A stretch of DNA of 64,000 bases, taken from the IMG/VR virus record IMGVR_UViG_3300045988_141143. One strand, 5' to 3'. Under the pieces are notes generated by a model. It had not been told where the DNA came from. It worked only from the letters and a program-made list of their open reading frames with translations, and made no database searches. How positions within the stretch are numbered: the first letter of the stretch is position 1; each line of letters starts with the position of its first letter. Both the position numbers and the translations under genes were made by a program. Positions 9,230 to 18,884 of the stretch are shown here, one piece after another. The DNA comes from a virus.

Positions 9230-10257
9230 CAAGTAAACGTGCCTCTCACTGCCACGTCAGCGTTGGACACCGTGACGTAAGGCTTGCTCGAAGCATTCAC
9301 CGCACTTGATGTACCGTTCCAGTTCGTGGCTACACCGCTGGCATTGTACTTCGTCCATTTGTAGATGTAGTTCGAGGCATGGTTGCTGTCTGCCTTCACC
9401 GCTGCACCATCCTCCACTACCTTGCCGTCTTTCCAGAGTCGGGCGTAAAGCTCCGTCGACTGCGAACCGTTCACTATCTTGTCGCCGGTCAGCGAATACA
9501 CCTCCACCACGTACGGGTCGCTCGCATCGAAGAACGTGATGATAGCGCTGGCCGTATCAGCACCGTCCTTCACCGTACAGCGGAAAGTCTGGAAGTTAAG
9601 CACGTCATTGGCGCTCACGTTCAGAGTGCTCACGCCGCCCGAAGTGCTCACGTTGCCCGAAGCCACGGCGTCCCATGTTCCTGCACTGATATTCAGCACC
9701 TCCCAAGTCATTGATGTCATGGTGGTGTCCTGCACGTTGCCACGGAAGAACTTGGCTATAGCACGCAGCTTATTGCTGTTGTTGGTCGAGTCGAACGTGT
9801 TGCCGTCGGGAGTCTCAATCTGCACCGTCTGAAGCGCACCGCCACTCTTAGCCAGCGAAATGGTCTTGTAGCCGATACACGTTGTCGTAGCCTTAGTTTC
9901 GGGGTCAGTATATTTGCACGACCACTCGATGTTCTTCACGCTGCCGTTCTTGTCGATGTTGCTGGCGAGGTTAAGCTGATACGACTTGCCGCTCACAGGA
10001 GTGGCAGCCACACCATCCAACTTCCACGACCATCCCGTACAAGCCGAGGTCGGAGCCTGGTCTGTAGCACTGCCCGTCACATATACACGGGCTGTTATCA
10101 CGTTTGGTTCACTCGACGAGTAGTTCGGAGTGTACACACCCGTGTCGGGGGTGTAAATCTGAGTCTCGCCCTTAGAGCATTGTGTAAAACACTGAACGGC
10201 CTTGCCGTCATTGAGGTCAACGATAGTAATCTGACCATTAGCTAATACTTTTGCCAT
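9214..10257 (-). CDS. Tail fiber-like protein
   Basis: 347 aa. N-terminal MAKVLANGQITIVDLNDGKAV resembles the N-terminus of the 880-aa fiber. Thr/Ser-rich, with a beta-rich composition. Confidence 0.45.
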   Translation of the reverse strand: MAKVLANGQITIVDLNDGKAVQCFTQCSKGETQIYTPDTGVYTPNYSSSEPNVITARVYVTGSATDQAPTSACTGWSWKLDGVAATPVSGKSYQLNLASNIDKNGSVKNIEWSCKYTDPETKATTTCIGYKTISLAKSGGALQTVQIETPDGNTFDSTNNSNKLRAIAKFFRGNVQDTTMTSMTWEVLNISAGTWDAVASGNVSTSGGVSTLNVSANDVLNFQTFRCTVKDGADTASAIITFFDASDPYVVEVYSLTGDKIVNGSQSTELYARLWKDGKVVEDGAAVKADSNHASNYIYKWTKYNASGVATNWNGTSSAVNASSKPYVTVSNADVAVRGTFTCEVSK

Positions 10258-10281
10258 AATCGTTTGTTTGTTTTAATATTA

Positions 10282-12597
10282 TTATATGTTACTATTAATA
10301 GTCTTTGTATCTGATACGCACACACTACATCCGAATTGTGCCTGTCTGTCTACGTCGTCACGTGTTATAAGACAGTTCCGGCCAATCCCCTCATGCAGCT
10401 TATTCCATACAGCATCATCTTCGGCATCAGCCGATTGTCGCCACCACGACCATGAGCTGTTGCCCACGGTGTCGCTTATGTCCTCGCCATTGCGTAGCAG
10501 CGTTGCCTTCAGCGTCATTTCGCCCGAACCGTTAATCATCACCGTGCCCGTATCGCTCGTTATCATTATCTGATAAGCCACGCCGTCCTCGCCCTTGTCT
10601 CCCTTCTCGCCTTTGCTTCCAGATAGAACTTTTTTCCATTGTGTCGAGCCGTCAGAAGGCTCACCTGTTACGTCCTCCTCTGAATTGGCAACACACACCC
10701 AAACGGCATTATTGTGATTTACTTGGTCGTTCTTATGATAGGTATTTCCTTCTACCCAGTCACCTCTATAATTGATGATATTAATAGTACTGCCGTCATC
10801 CGAAATCAATTCAAAGTGTGAGGAATTGATTTTCGTTCCACCCTTCGGTGAAGTCTCGAATACCGACAGAGATACTTCTTTGTTCTCGCCATTTACGCTT
10901 TTTGTGATAGTATGCTTGTACTCAGAGATATTAGCATAGCAAGCGATACGAGGAGCATAGTCGCCAGTTGTCTCAAGGATAATCACGTTCTGCCTGTCCG
11001 TCTTGTCGTACTCAAGATTGCCATTACGATGTCTGTTGCCGTCCAGCACGATTGTGTCGCCCTCAGCAGGGTCTCCCTTTATCTCAACAGGCGCATTCTT
11101 CTCTGTATATCCGTCTAAGCCTTCGGAATGCTTGCCAACGACAATCCAAGCAAACGCCTGACCATCGTACAATTCCACCTGTTCTTCTCTCGTCTGCTCC
11201 TTACCAGCTTCGTCAAGATAAGTCTCCGTTTTAGTGCCGTATATCTTCTCATTTTGCGTAGATACGCCACCATCAGGAATAGTACGCCAGTAACTCTTAT
11301 TACTTGTATCACTATATGCTCCACCAGCCACAATCTCGCCAATAGTCTGACAGCGCACTTGGTCGCCCTCCTGCCAGTAGTTCATCGTGGCAGTAGTTCC
11401 GTTGTCAGCTAAGAGATAGCATTTCCAGCCAGCGCATTCTGCATCATCCGCAGTTGTTTCTACCCAAGATATAACACCGTCAGCAGATACCGATTCCTTG
11501 ACAGGCACAACTTTGATAAGCTTGCTACCAGCTCCAGATAAATAGATGTTGCCTCCCGAATAAGACAGCTTGCGTACATCTAATTCGTGGAATATCGCCT
11601 TGCCCCAGATGGTGAGGTTCGTAACGAAGGCGTGATATTTTCCGTTATCCTTCTTAACAGCGAAACCCTGCTCTGCTTCGTTGTCGTAGTCGATGGACTG
11701 TAACGACTCAAAGATGGCACGTCCTGCCTCGTCTATCAACGCTCCTCCCTTACCAAAGTAAGCACCTCTGTTCAGCTTTACTAAAGCCTCGCTCACCAGT
11801 CCTTTGATAAAGGTAATCATGCCGTTTACCGTGTCATCATTCTCTTTGGATAAGAAATGGCGTACACCAAACTGCCCAAGGAACTCAGGAGTAACCACTT
11901 TGTTGGCTGACGTATCATCGGTGTTTTCTGTCGCTACGCCAACGATTTTATGTCCATTCAAGAAAAGGGTGGCGATAGTGGCTGTCGCTGCCTTGAGCGT
12001 AGTAAATGCTGCCACAGAGATGGTCTTCAGGAACTTGATGGTGTCGTGTACTGACTCATATCTCCACCACTGACCCTCGCCGCCGGAAGCTATCGCTTCG
12101 TCGGTGGCAAGAGAACCGTATTCCACAGTGAGAGTCCACTCACGATACTTTTCTATGATGTCCTGATCGTTCTCATCCTTACCTACATTTTTGGTCAGGA
12201 CCTCAGAGATTTCTCCTTGCAGATACACATAGTAATAGTCCTCGTTGCCCACCTGCTTGTCCGGAGATGCAATAGACTTACCGTAGATGTCAATGCGCTC
12301 GCTGGGGAATACCACCATTGCCGTACCGTTGACGCCATTGCTGACGCGCGGAATGGCTACGTAAACATACTTAGCCTTTGCATCAGGAAAGAGAGAGGGA
12401 TAAGCCACTAACGGCCAACGCTGATAGTTGTGCCCGGCATCGTAGCCCAGACCCTCAATGTCCTGCATATAGCATAGAATAGAAGCACCACTCGCCACGC
12501 TACACTGGATGTAGTTAGGCTCACCCATTGCGTTGAGTTGGATATAGAGCGCACTGCTCGAAATCCAATAATTCGTAATTTTGACTTCTGTTACCAT
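10282..12597 (-). CDS. Large virion structural protein (tail or baseplate)
   Basis: 771 aa, located in the structural gene run. No catalytic motifs seen. Confidence 0.4.
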   Translation of the reverse strand: MVTEVKITNYWISSSALYIQLNAMGEPNYIQCSVASGASILCYMQDIEGLGYDAGHNYQRWPLVAYPSLFPDAKAKYVYVAIPRVSNGVNGTAMVVFPSERIDIYGKSIASPDKQVGNEDYYYVYLQGEISEVLTKNVGKDENDQDIIEKYREWTLTVEYGSLATDEAIASGGEGQWWRYESVHDTIKFLKTISVAAFTTLKAATATIATLFLNGHKIVGVATENTDDTSANKVVTPEFLGQFGVRHFLSKENDDTVNGMITFIKGLVSEALVKLNRGAYFGKGGALIDEAGRAIFESLQSIDYDNEAEQGFAVKKDNGKYHAFVTNLTIWGKAIFHELDVRKLSYSGGNIYLSGAGSKLIKVVPVKESVSADGVISWVETTADDAECAGWKCYLLADNGTTATMNYWQEGDQVRCQTIGEIVAGGAYSDTSNKSYWRTIPDGGVSTQNEKIYGTKTETYLDEAGKEQTREEQVELYDGQAFAWIVVGKHSEGLDGYTEKNAPVEIKGDPAEGDTIVLDGNRHRNGNLEYDKTDRQNVIILETTGDYAPRIACYANISEYKHTITKSVNGENKEVSLSVFETSPKGGTKINSSHFELISDDGSTINIINYRGDWVEGNTYHKNDQVNHNNAVWVCVANSEEDVTGEPSDGSTQWKKVLSGSKGEKGDKGEDGVAYQIMITSDTGTVMINGSGEMTLKATLLRNGEDISDTVGNSSWSWWRQSADAEDDAVWNKLHEGIGRNCLITRDDVDRQAQFGCSVCVSDTKTINSNI

Positions 12598-12691
12598 GAT
12601 GATTTTTGATTATTTATTTTTAGATGTAGCAAAGTTACCGAAAACACTTTTCTTGATAGGGACAAAGCATGACGGGAGGGTGACACTTAGA

Positions 12692-12731
12692 TACAAAAAA
12701 ACGAAGGACACAGCCCTAAAGCCGATGTCCT
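12692..12731 (-). terminator. Rho-independent terminator
   Basis: Hairpin AAGGACA...TGTCCTT followed on the minus strand by CGTTTTTTTGTATC. Confidence 0.4.
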
Positions 12732-12763
12732 TTGCCAAACAAACTAAGAAAAAAAGTATTCTA

Positions 12764-13816
12764 TCAGAGTAGAAGTGAACCATTAATATCGATCACTACT
12801 TTAAACGACAAAGCATACATATTGGTGTTAGTGTCATCCTGGATAGTGGTCTCGTCTTCCAAAGTGATGGTGCATGGAATCCAAATGCCGTGCGATAGAA
12901 TCCATGCGTGTTCGCTCATGGCAAACTCGTGCAGATACCAGTCGAGCCAATTCTCGTCGAGTGGGTCAGTAGTGAGATTCCAAGTTTCTTGATCATTCTG
13001 TTTCTTGACCGACGCACGAGAGAAGGAGTTGAACGTCTCCTGCTTTGCCACAATATACGATTCTGTTGTAAGCGCCATCTTACGGCTGTTGGCTTTCGGC
13101 AGACTGACACTCTCAAGTACACCAAACAGATTGATGAAGCGTATGGTGTAACGGTTGCTCGCCTCTGTAGCAGGAAGCGCATAGAGTTGGTGAGTACCGA
13201 TGGTCTGTAGTCCTTCCTGCGTAATCTCCTTAGAGACAGACGTGGGAGGAACCAGGGTCGGACTGTTACTGAGCAGTTGTTCTGTCTCGTATGATGGAGT
13301 ATAAATAAAGGTGTCACCCACAACGACGGGTTGCGGCAATGTGTTCGGCTTTCGGGTAAACGAAACGACTCCCTTGCTGAGTCCAGACAGAAGGCGCACC
13401 ATATCAGAGAAAGCACCCGCTATGCTGCGAAGGTTCGTATTGCCGGTTTCGTCGGGGTTTTGAGGATAAAACACCTCGCCTACATTGGTATGTATCTCAC
13501 CATTGCTATCCATATATTCATCGTAGGCATGGACGTACCAGCTCACGAAAGGATAGGTTGTCGGCTCGGGAGTATATTCGTAGGAGTCGAGTGCCGCACG
13601 GAGAGCTGACGATACATCAAGCGATACATCAGTGCCCTCTTTGGTGACAGGCTCATTGAGTTGTATGACATCATAGCTGCCGTCATTGTCGAACATGACC
13701 TCTACGACGACACGATGAAAAGAAGGTGTATTATCTGGAACTGACGGCGAGATGGTAAAAGTAACCGGGTTGCCAGCAAGGATTGAACCAGATGTAAGTA
13801 AAATATTCTTTGCCAT
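12764..13816 (-). CDS. Virion structural protein
   Basis: 350 aa, within the tail module. Confidence 0.35.
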   Translation of the reverse strand: MAKNILLTSGSILAGNPVTFTISPSVPDNTPSFHRVVVEVMFDNDGSYDVIQLNEPVTKEGTDVSLDVSSALRAALDSYEYTPEPTTYPFVSWYVHAYDEYMDSNGEIHTNVGEVFYPQNPDETGNTNLRSIAGAFSDMVRLLSGLSKGVVSFTRKPNTLPQPVVVGDTFIYTPSYETEQLLSNSPTLVPPTSVSKEITQEGLQTIGTHQLYALPATEASNRYTIRFINLFGVLESVSLPKANSRKMALTTESYIVAKQETFNSFSRASVKKQNDQETWNLTTDPLDENWLDWYLHEFAMSEHAWILSHGIWIPCTITLEDETTIQDDTNTNMYALSFKVVIDINGSLLL

Positions 13817-13879
13817 ATCTATAGATAAAACAGGAGATGAATGTATGTGCTGAGATTTTTCTTTTGGCTGCGAAAGTCG

Positions 13880-14128
13880 CTAAGACATTTTCTTCTCTAC
13901 GATAGCTGTCACATCAGACACAAGCTGTAAGTCTTTTGCCTCTTCTGGCGAAATCTTGATATGGAACATGGTTTCGGTCTGAAGAACGAGGTCGAGAAAG
14001 TCAATAGACTCAAGAGCAAGATCATCACGCAGGTTAGCGCTGTCGGTCACTTCTGCTGTCGATGCCCAAGGTGTGCGCAGGCCTTCAACGATATTGAACA
14101 CCCGCTGACGTATATCTTCTTTGTTCAT
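13880..14128 (-). CDS. Acyl carrier protein
   Basis: 82 aa, acidic. DDLALESIDFLDLV resembles the phosphopantetheine-attachment DSL-type motif and helix II. Its start overlaps the ketosynthase stop (ATGA). Confidence 0.65.
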   Translation of the reverse strand: MNKEDIRQRVFNIVEGLRTPWASTAEVTDSANLRDDLALESIDFLDLVLQTETMFHIKISPEEAKDLQLVSDVTAIVEKKMS

Positions 14129-15339
14129 GATGGTTGATATTTAGAGATGATGAATGATGAGTTGGTGCCTCCGAAGCCAAAGGCATTGCAGAGGATATGG
14201 TGTGCTGAGTACTCGCGTGACTGCATGACGAGATTGAGTTTGGGAAAAGCATTCTCGGCTGTGGTAGCCGCACCGAAGACAGTGTCTGTGTTGAGCATCA
14301 TGGATGCTTGAACGGCCTGCGATACACCAGCCATCCAGCACTCGTGCCCCGTCATGCCCTTGGTGGCTACGATATAAGGGCTCTCGGGGAATACCTTTCC
14401 GATGGCTTCTGCCTCTGCAGCATCGCCCAGCTCTGTACCTGTGGCATGGGCAAGGAGTACATCTATCATTCCTGCATCGAGTCCTGCCGATTCTATGGCC
14501 TTAATCATTGCCACTTCTTCCTGATAAGCATCCGGGGTACAGATGTTGGTGCCGTTGGTGGAGAAGCCGCAGCCGGAAAGTTCTGCCACGGGCGAGACTT
14601 CATAATCCTCGAAACGCAAGCTGTCGGAAGGCTCAAGAATGACACAGGCTGCACCACCCGAAGGAGCAAGACCATTGCGGCCTTTGCCGAAGGGCTGCAC
14701 CTTGTCGGGCGAGAAAACGCCCATGGCATCAAACGACAGCATGGAGAAGGGACCTGTCTCCTGTGCGCCAACGACAATCACCATGTCGGTTTGGCGCGTA
14801 TCAAGAAGCATCTTGGCAAGACCGATGGCATGACCTCCTCCGGCACAAGCCCCGCTGACGGTAAGCGAAAGTCCTTTCAGTCCGTAGATAGAGGCGAGAC
14901 TCATGCTGACGGTGGAATTGAGTGTACGGAACACTGCGCCTGCCCCTAAACGTCGGGTGTCGCGCTGTGTAATGGCAGTTGTCATTGCCTGATAGTTGTC
15001 TCCAGCCGTAGTGTCGTTGCTGACGATGACCGATACATTGTGAGACTGCAAGAACTCGGGAAGAATATTGGCTTCCATCAGAGCCTCGTTGACGGCAGAT
15101 AAGGAATATAGGGTCGGTTCGGAAAGACATTGCCGTTGAGCCCTGGTGAGTTCGGATAGCTTCCAAGGGTTCGGGTCATTTATCTTTCCGCACAGGTCGG
15201 ACTGATAACCTTTCTCGCTACGTGCGGGGTCGTGGTGAAGACCGCACTCTCCATACGCCAGCTTCTGTGCGACGGAAAAGGTATCGTTGCCAAGACAGGA
15301 AACGATACCTGTGCCTGTGATTAATATTTTTCTATCCAT
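14125..15339 (-). CDS. Beta-ketoacyl-ACP synthase (KAS I/II-like)
   Basis: SGACAGGGHAIG aligns to the FabF STACTSGVHNIGHA active-site Cys. HATGTELGD and ATKGMTGHECWMAG align to the two catalytic His residues. C-terminal NAFGFGGTNSSFI. Confidence 0.8.
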   Translation of the reverse strand: MDRKILITGTGIVSCLGNDTFSVAQKLAYGECGLHHDPARSEKGYQSDLCGKINDPNPWKLSELTRAQRQCLSEPTLYSLSAVNEALMEANILPEFLQSHNVSVIVSNDTTAGDNYQAMTTAITQRDTRRLGAGAVFRTLNSTVSMSLASIYGLKGLSLTVSGACAGGGHAIGLAKMLLDTRQTDMVIVVGAQETGPFSMLSFDAMGVFSPDKVQPFGKGRNGLAPSGGAACVILEPSDSLRFEDYEVSPVAELSGCGFSTNGTNICTPDAYQEEVAMIKAIESAGLDAGMIDVLLAHATGTELGDAAEAEAIGKVFPESPYIVATKGMTGHECWMAGVSQAVQASMMLNTDTVFGAATTAENAFPKLNLVMQSREYSAHHILCNAFGFGGTNSSFIISKYQPS

Positions 15340-15368
15340 GATTATGTTTGTTTGATTAAAGAATACTC

Positions 15369-18182
15369 TTACAAAGCATAGACGGTCAGTTCCACCTCTC
15401 CAATGCCTTCCTTAGCCGTGATAGTTGTATTCACCTTGTCGATAAGACATTTCACACCTCCGATGTTCCACCACGTCTTCCAATGGTTAGGTATGTCGGC
15501 TATCTGTGCGACAGAAGCCGAACAGCGGATGATGTACTTCTTGCGGTTAAGCAGAAAATAGGCGTAGGGCAAAATGAAGGTATCAAAAAGACCGCGTGAG
15601 CGTATCTTGGTTATCACGTTGCCTTTGGCATCCACCTCGTCGGGGTCGCAGAGAGAAACATCCTTGTATTCCGGCTTACTGAGCCATGACGGCTCTTTGA
15701 AAGCGCGTATCTTGAGCGAGAAGCGTTCACCTTTGCCTCTGCCTTCCTGCACACCATTGTAGTCGAATACATTGCCCATCATGTCAAGAGAGTCGCAAGC
15801 AAGAGCATACTCGCCTGCTGCCGTGCGCCACTTGGAAGTACCGAAGTGGTCATAGTTATAGTCATAGGGCTCTGTGGTTGCATTCGTACCGCCGCCTCGC
15901 ATCATGGCCAAGGCAAATCCCCATCGTGAATCGTCTTGAAGAGGCGAGTTGCCGTCTTCGGTGTTTGACGGGTCGTAACTCTCGACGAGTTTCAATGACT
16001 GCTGCATATAGAAGTCGCAGAAAGGCGAGGAGATGGTCTGGTTGATGATTTGCTCGACAAACTCATGTTCCATTTCCTCGTCGACATAGGCGCAGAGGAT
16101 GGGCTGTCCTTCCTTGATAACGACACCATAGGTTGTTGTCTTTGAATCATCATAGTACTTTGCCGTATGAGAGCCGTAAGCAGCCTCTATCTCCTTGAAA
16201 TAGTTGACATCGTTGAACGGCACGGGAGTGAAGTCGATGGTGATGTCGTGGATGAAGTCTTCATTCTCCTCGCTGCAATCACCATACTCCACACCCTTGT
16301 ACTGGCCTACCTCGAAAAGTACAGGTTTGAGGTCGGCTGTAGTAGTGGCGTCGCCATTCACCTTCACGCGATAGGCATTGCCCGTCTTGCGGTCGATGTA
16401 GCATCTTTTATCTCCAGAACTTAAATTATGAAAGAAGTCAACGTAATCTCGATCGTAAACCGTTTCGTTGTCTCCACTTCCCGGTTCGGGATAGTCGATA
16501 TAGTCGTAATCGGTGGCATAGCCCATATTTTTATTCTTGCGGCTGTCCTTGACGTTCTGCTGCTGATCCTTGGCATCGCTCTCTTCGGAGTATCGCATAC
16601 GTACACCCGTTATCTTCTCGCTGACGGGAATGATAGAATGAATGTCTGCGCGGAACGTGCGTGCTGGCTGTCCACTCTCGCGAAGCACGTCACGGATGAG
16701 GTAGGCCGTGACTTTCTTTTGCTCATAGTCGTAGGAGAACTTGATGCCGAAGGCGCTTTCCAAGGATGAGATAATCGTGCTGACACTCTCATCGGGGAAG
16801 TTGTCGCTGTTGGCCACCATATAGAGCACGTTGGCCTGCACGTTGAACTTAGAGATTTGCGCCTCGATGCTGATACCAGTCACCTTGCCGCCCTCTTTTG
16901 TCGTCTCTCCCACCTGTATGTGTTCGGAAGTCCCTTCGTTAGTGGTGAGGGTGAGCTCGTTGACCGTCTTGTCCTCTGCCTTTACGATGTTGATTTTTCC
17001 ACCACAACCGCGCGACTCCAACCAGGAGTTGATATGATCTTGCTTCTTGAAATATCCTTCCTTAATCTCGCCTTCCTTCTTTTTCTTGGCGATGACTTCG
17101 GGGTCGTCCTTCTTGTAGTATGTTCCGTGATGTGGATGCTCTTTGGTATCGTAGGCGCAAACGGTGGTGAAGAAACAGAGGTGCTTCATATCCTCTATCT
17201 GCATCAGTGCCGACTTGTCGAAGGTGACACCCAAGTGAGCAAACAGGCAGTCGAGAAAATAGAGTACATAGAAACAAATGCCCGACTGCGGACGGCGTGC
17301 GTCCAACACCCAATAGGGATAAAGATCTTCGTTAGTCCACTTGCAATCCTTTGTGCTGATAATGTCGCTCGATGTGGTGCCATCGTCTGCCAGTCCGTGG
17401 TGCTTGTAGCAGATACGGGCATTGCAATAGGCTGCGGGACGGCCTGCGCCATCAGTCTCGCCATAGGCTGCCGATGTGTTGATATAGTCGCCATTCTTGG
17501 CGATGGCGGGCTCGTTGACTGAATTTCCGTTGGGGTAGGATCGTGACGACTTTCTCTTGGCATCGGCCTTCATGTGTAAAGGATAAAGGATATTGGTGGT
17601 GTACTCCTGGCACGATGCAGGATAGGAGAAGCCAAGAGCCTGCGGTTCGAGCACTTTACTTACACTTACGTGCTCAGCATGAATGGTTCGGGTGACAGTC
17701 TCGTCATCCTTATGCTTTCCTCCCTCCACAAATACACTGACATTTACAACAGGGTCGCTCTCGATGTCTACCATTACATTGCCTATCTTCTCGCCGATGA
17801 TCAGTTCATCCTTGATGGGGATGTCACGACAGTTGAGCGATCCGATGAGGTCGCTGAAACTCTGTCTGCCTGCATTAATACTCATAGAGAGCGAGTCTTT
17901 TATCTCTTCAGCATCCTGCATGACGAGCGTACCGTTGCGGAAGGGCAGTCCGTCGGCATGAATGCGCGTAGGCAAATGCTCCATGTTGACAGCACGAAAC
18001 GATGCCCGCACGTCATCGATGTTCTTTACCAGCCATCGGTTGCCGTCGAGCGGAATGGAAAACGGATAGGCGAACATCTCGTTATCATTGAACACAGGGT
18101 TTTGGTCCTCTATGTCGATAGAGAAATCATCGGGCAGCGACACAGGGCGGTCGTTGATAAGTATGGTGAGATGTGAGTTCAT
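15369..18182 (-). CDS. Large virion protein
   Basis: 937 aa, in the structural run. Confidence 0.4.
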   Translation of the reverse strand: MNSHLTILINDRPVSLPDDFSIDIEDQNPVFNDNEMFAYPFSIPLDGNRWLVKNIDDVRASFRAVNMEHLPTRIHADGLPFRNGTLVMQDAEEIKDSLSMSINAGRQSFSDLIGSLNCRDIPIKDELIIGEKIGNVMVDIESDPVVNVSVFVEGGKHKDDETVTRTIHAEHVSVSKVLEPQALGFSYPASCQEYTTNILYPLHMKADAKRKSSRSYPNGNSVNEPAIAKNGDYINTSAAYGETDGAGRPAAYCNARICYKHHGLADDGTTSSDIISTKDCKWTNEDLYPYWVLDARRPQSGICFYVLYFLDCLFAHLGVTFDKSALMQIEDMKHLCFFTTVCAYDTKEHPHHGTYYKKDDPEVIAKKKKEGEIKEGYFKKQDHINSWLESRGCGGKINIVKAEDKTVNELTLTTNEGTSEHIQVGETTKEGGKVTGISIEAQISKFNVQANVLYMVANSDNFPDESVSTIISSLESAFGIKFSYDYEQKKVTAYLIRDVLRESGQPARTFRADIHSIIPVSEKITGVRMRYSEESDAKDQQQNVKDSRKNKNMGYATDYDYIDYPEPGSGDNETVYDRDYVDFFHNLSSGDKRCYIDRKTGNAYRVKVNGDATTTADLKPVLFEVGQYKGVEYGDCSEENEDFIHDITIDFTPVPFNDVNYFKEIEAAYGSHTAKYYDDSKTTTYGVVIKEGQPILCAYVDEEMEHEFVEQIINQTISSPFCDFYMQQSLKLVESYDPSNTEDGNSPLQDDSRWGFALAMMRGGGTNATTEPYDYNYDHFGTSKWRTAAGEYALACDSLDMMGNVFDYNGVQEGRGKGERFSLKIRAFKEPSWLSKPEYKDVSLCDPDEVDAKGNVITKIRSRGLFDTFILPYAYFLLNRKKYIIRCSASVAQIADIPNHWKTWWNIGGVKCLIDKVNTTITAKEGIGEVELTVYAL

Positions 18183-18847
18183 TGTTTCTTGATATTTACT
18201 TGAGCGTTGTCGTATATAGAGATAAACTGACGGGTGAAGGAGTTGACGACGGCATTACCGAAAGCGTAGACAGCTCTGTGGCCATGGTCGGTGAGTGTGC
18301 CTGCCGTGATGTTGACCACCGACATGTCATAACACTCGGCAGAGGCATTGGTGGTCAGTCGGGACTGGTTGCGTGCCACGGCGTGACCTTCCTTGACGGT
18401 GGCCCGTGAGAAGTCGCGCAACTCTACATGGCAGTCGGGATTCATAACCAGGGCAGAGGCGATGTTGTGCAGCACGACACGGGCGTTGCCCAGGATATAG
18501 GCCGTGTGGGCATGATAGAGGTGGATGGTCTCTGTGCTGTCGCCGATGAGCACATTGCCCGTAGGCGAGTCCTCGTTGTAGAAGATGCCGGCAGCATTTA
18601 TCTCACTCTTATAGTCAGGATAGAAGTCCCGAAAAGCTGCCATGACCTGCTGTGGCACCTCGGTTATCATGCCGTGCCAATACTTGTGCCAGGCCGCGCA
18701 CATCTGCTGTATGCTCTCCGTGCCACGGAAGGCGAGTTGCGACTCCTGGCAGTTGCCGCTCTGGGCAAGAATGGCGATACACAATGCCTTAAACTTTTCG
18801 GACTTCTCCATATTCTGACTCTTCTCTATTATCGAATTTCCAGTCAT
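18179..18847 (-). CDS. Hypothetical (structural module)
   Basis: 222 aa. Its stop overlaps the start of the downstream gene. Confidence 0.35.
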   Translation of the reverse strand: MTGNSIIEKSQNMEKSEKFKALCIAILAQSGNCQESQLAFRGTESIQQMCAAWHKYWHGMITEVPQQVMAAFRDFYPDYKSEINAAGIFYNEDSPTGNVLIGDSTETIHLYHAHTAYILGNARVVLHNIASALVMNPDCHVELRDFSRATVKEGHAVARNQSRLTTNASAECYDMSVVNITAGTLTDHGHRAVYAFGNAVVNSFTRQFISIYDNAQVNIKKQ

Positions 18848-18884
18848 TTCTGACTAAAATAAGCACTAAACACAAAACGACATC

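Noticed and set aside
14308-14949. Plus-strand 213-aa ORF opposite the ketosynthase gene
   Set aside because: The ketosynthase frame has clear family motifs, so the overlapping antisense ORF is spurious.
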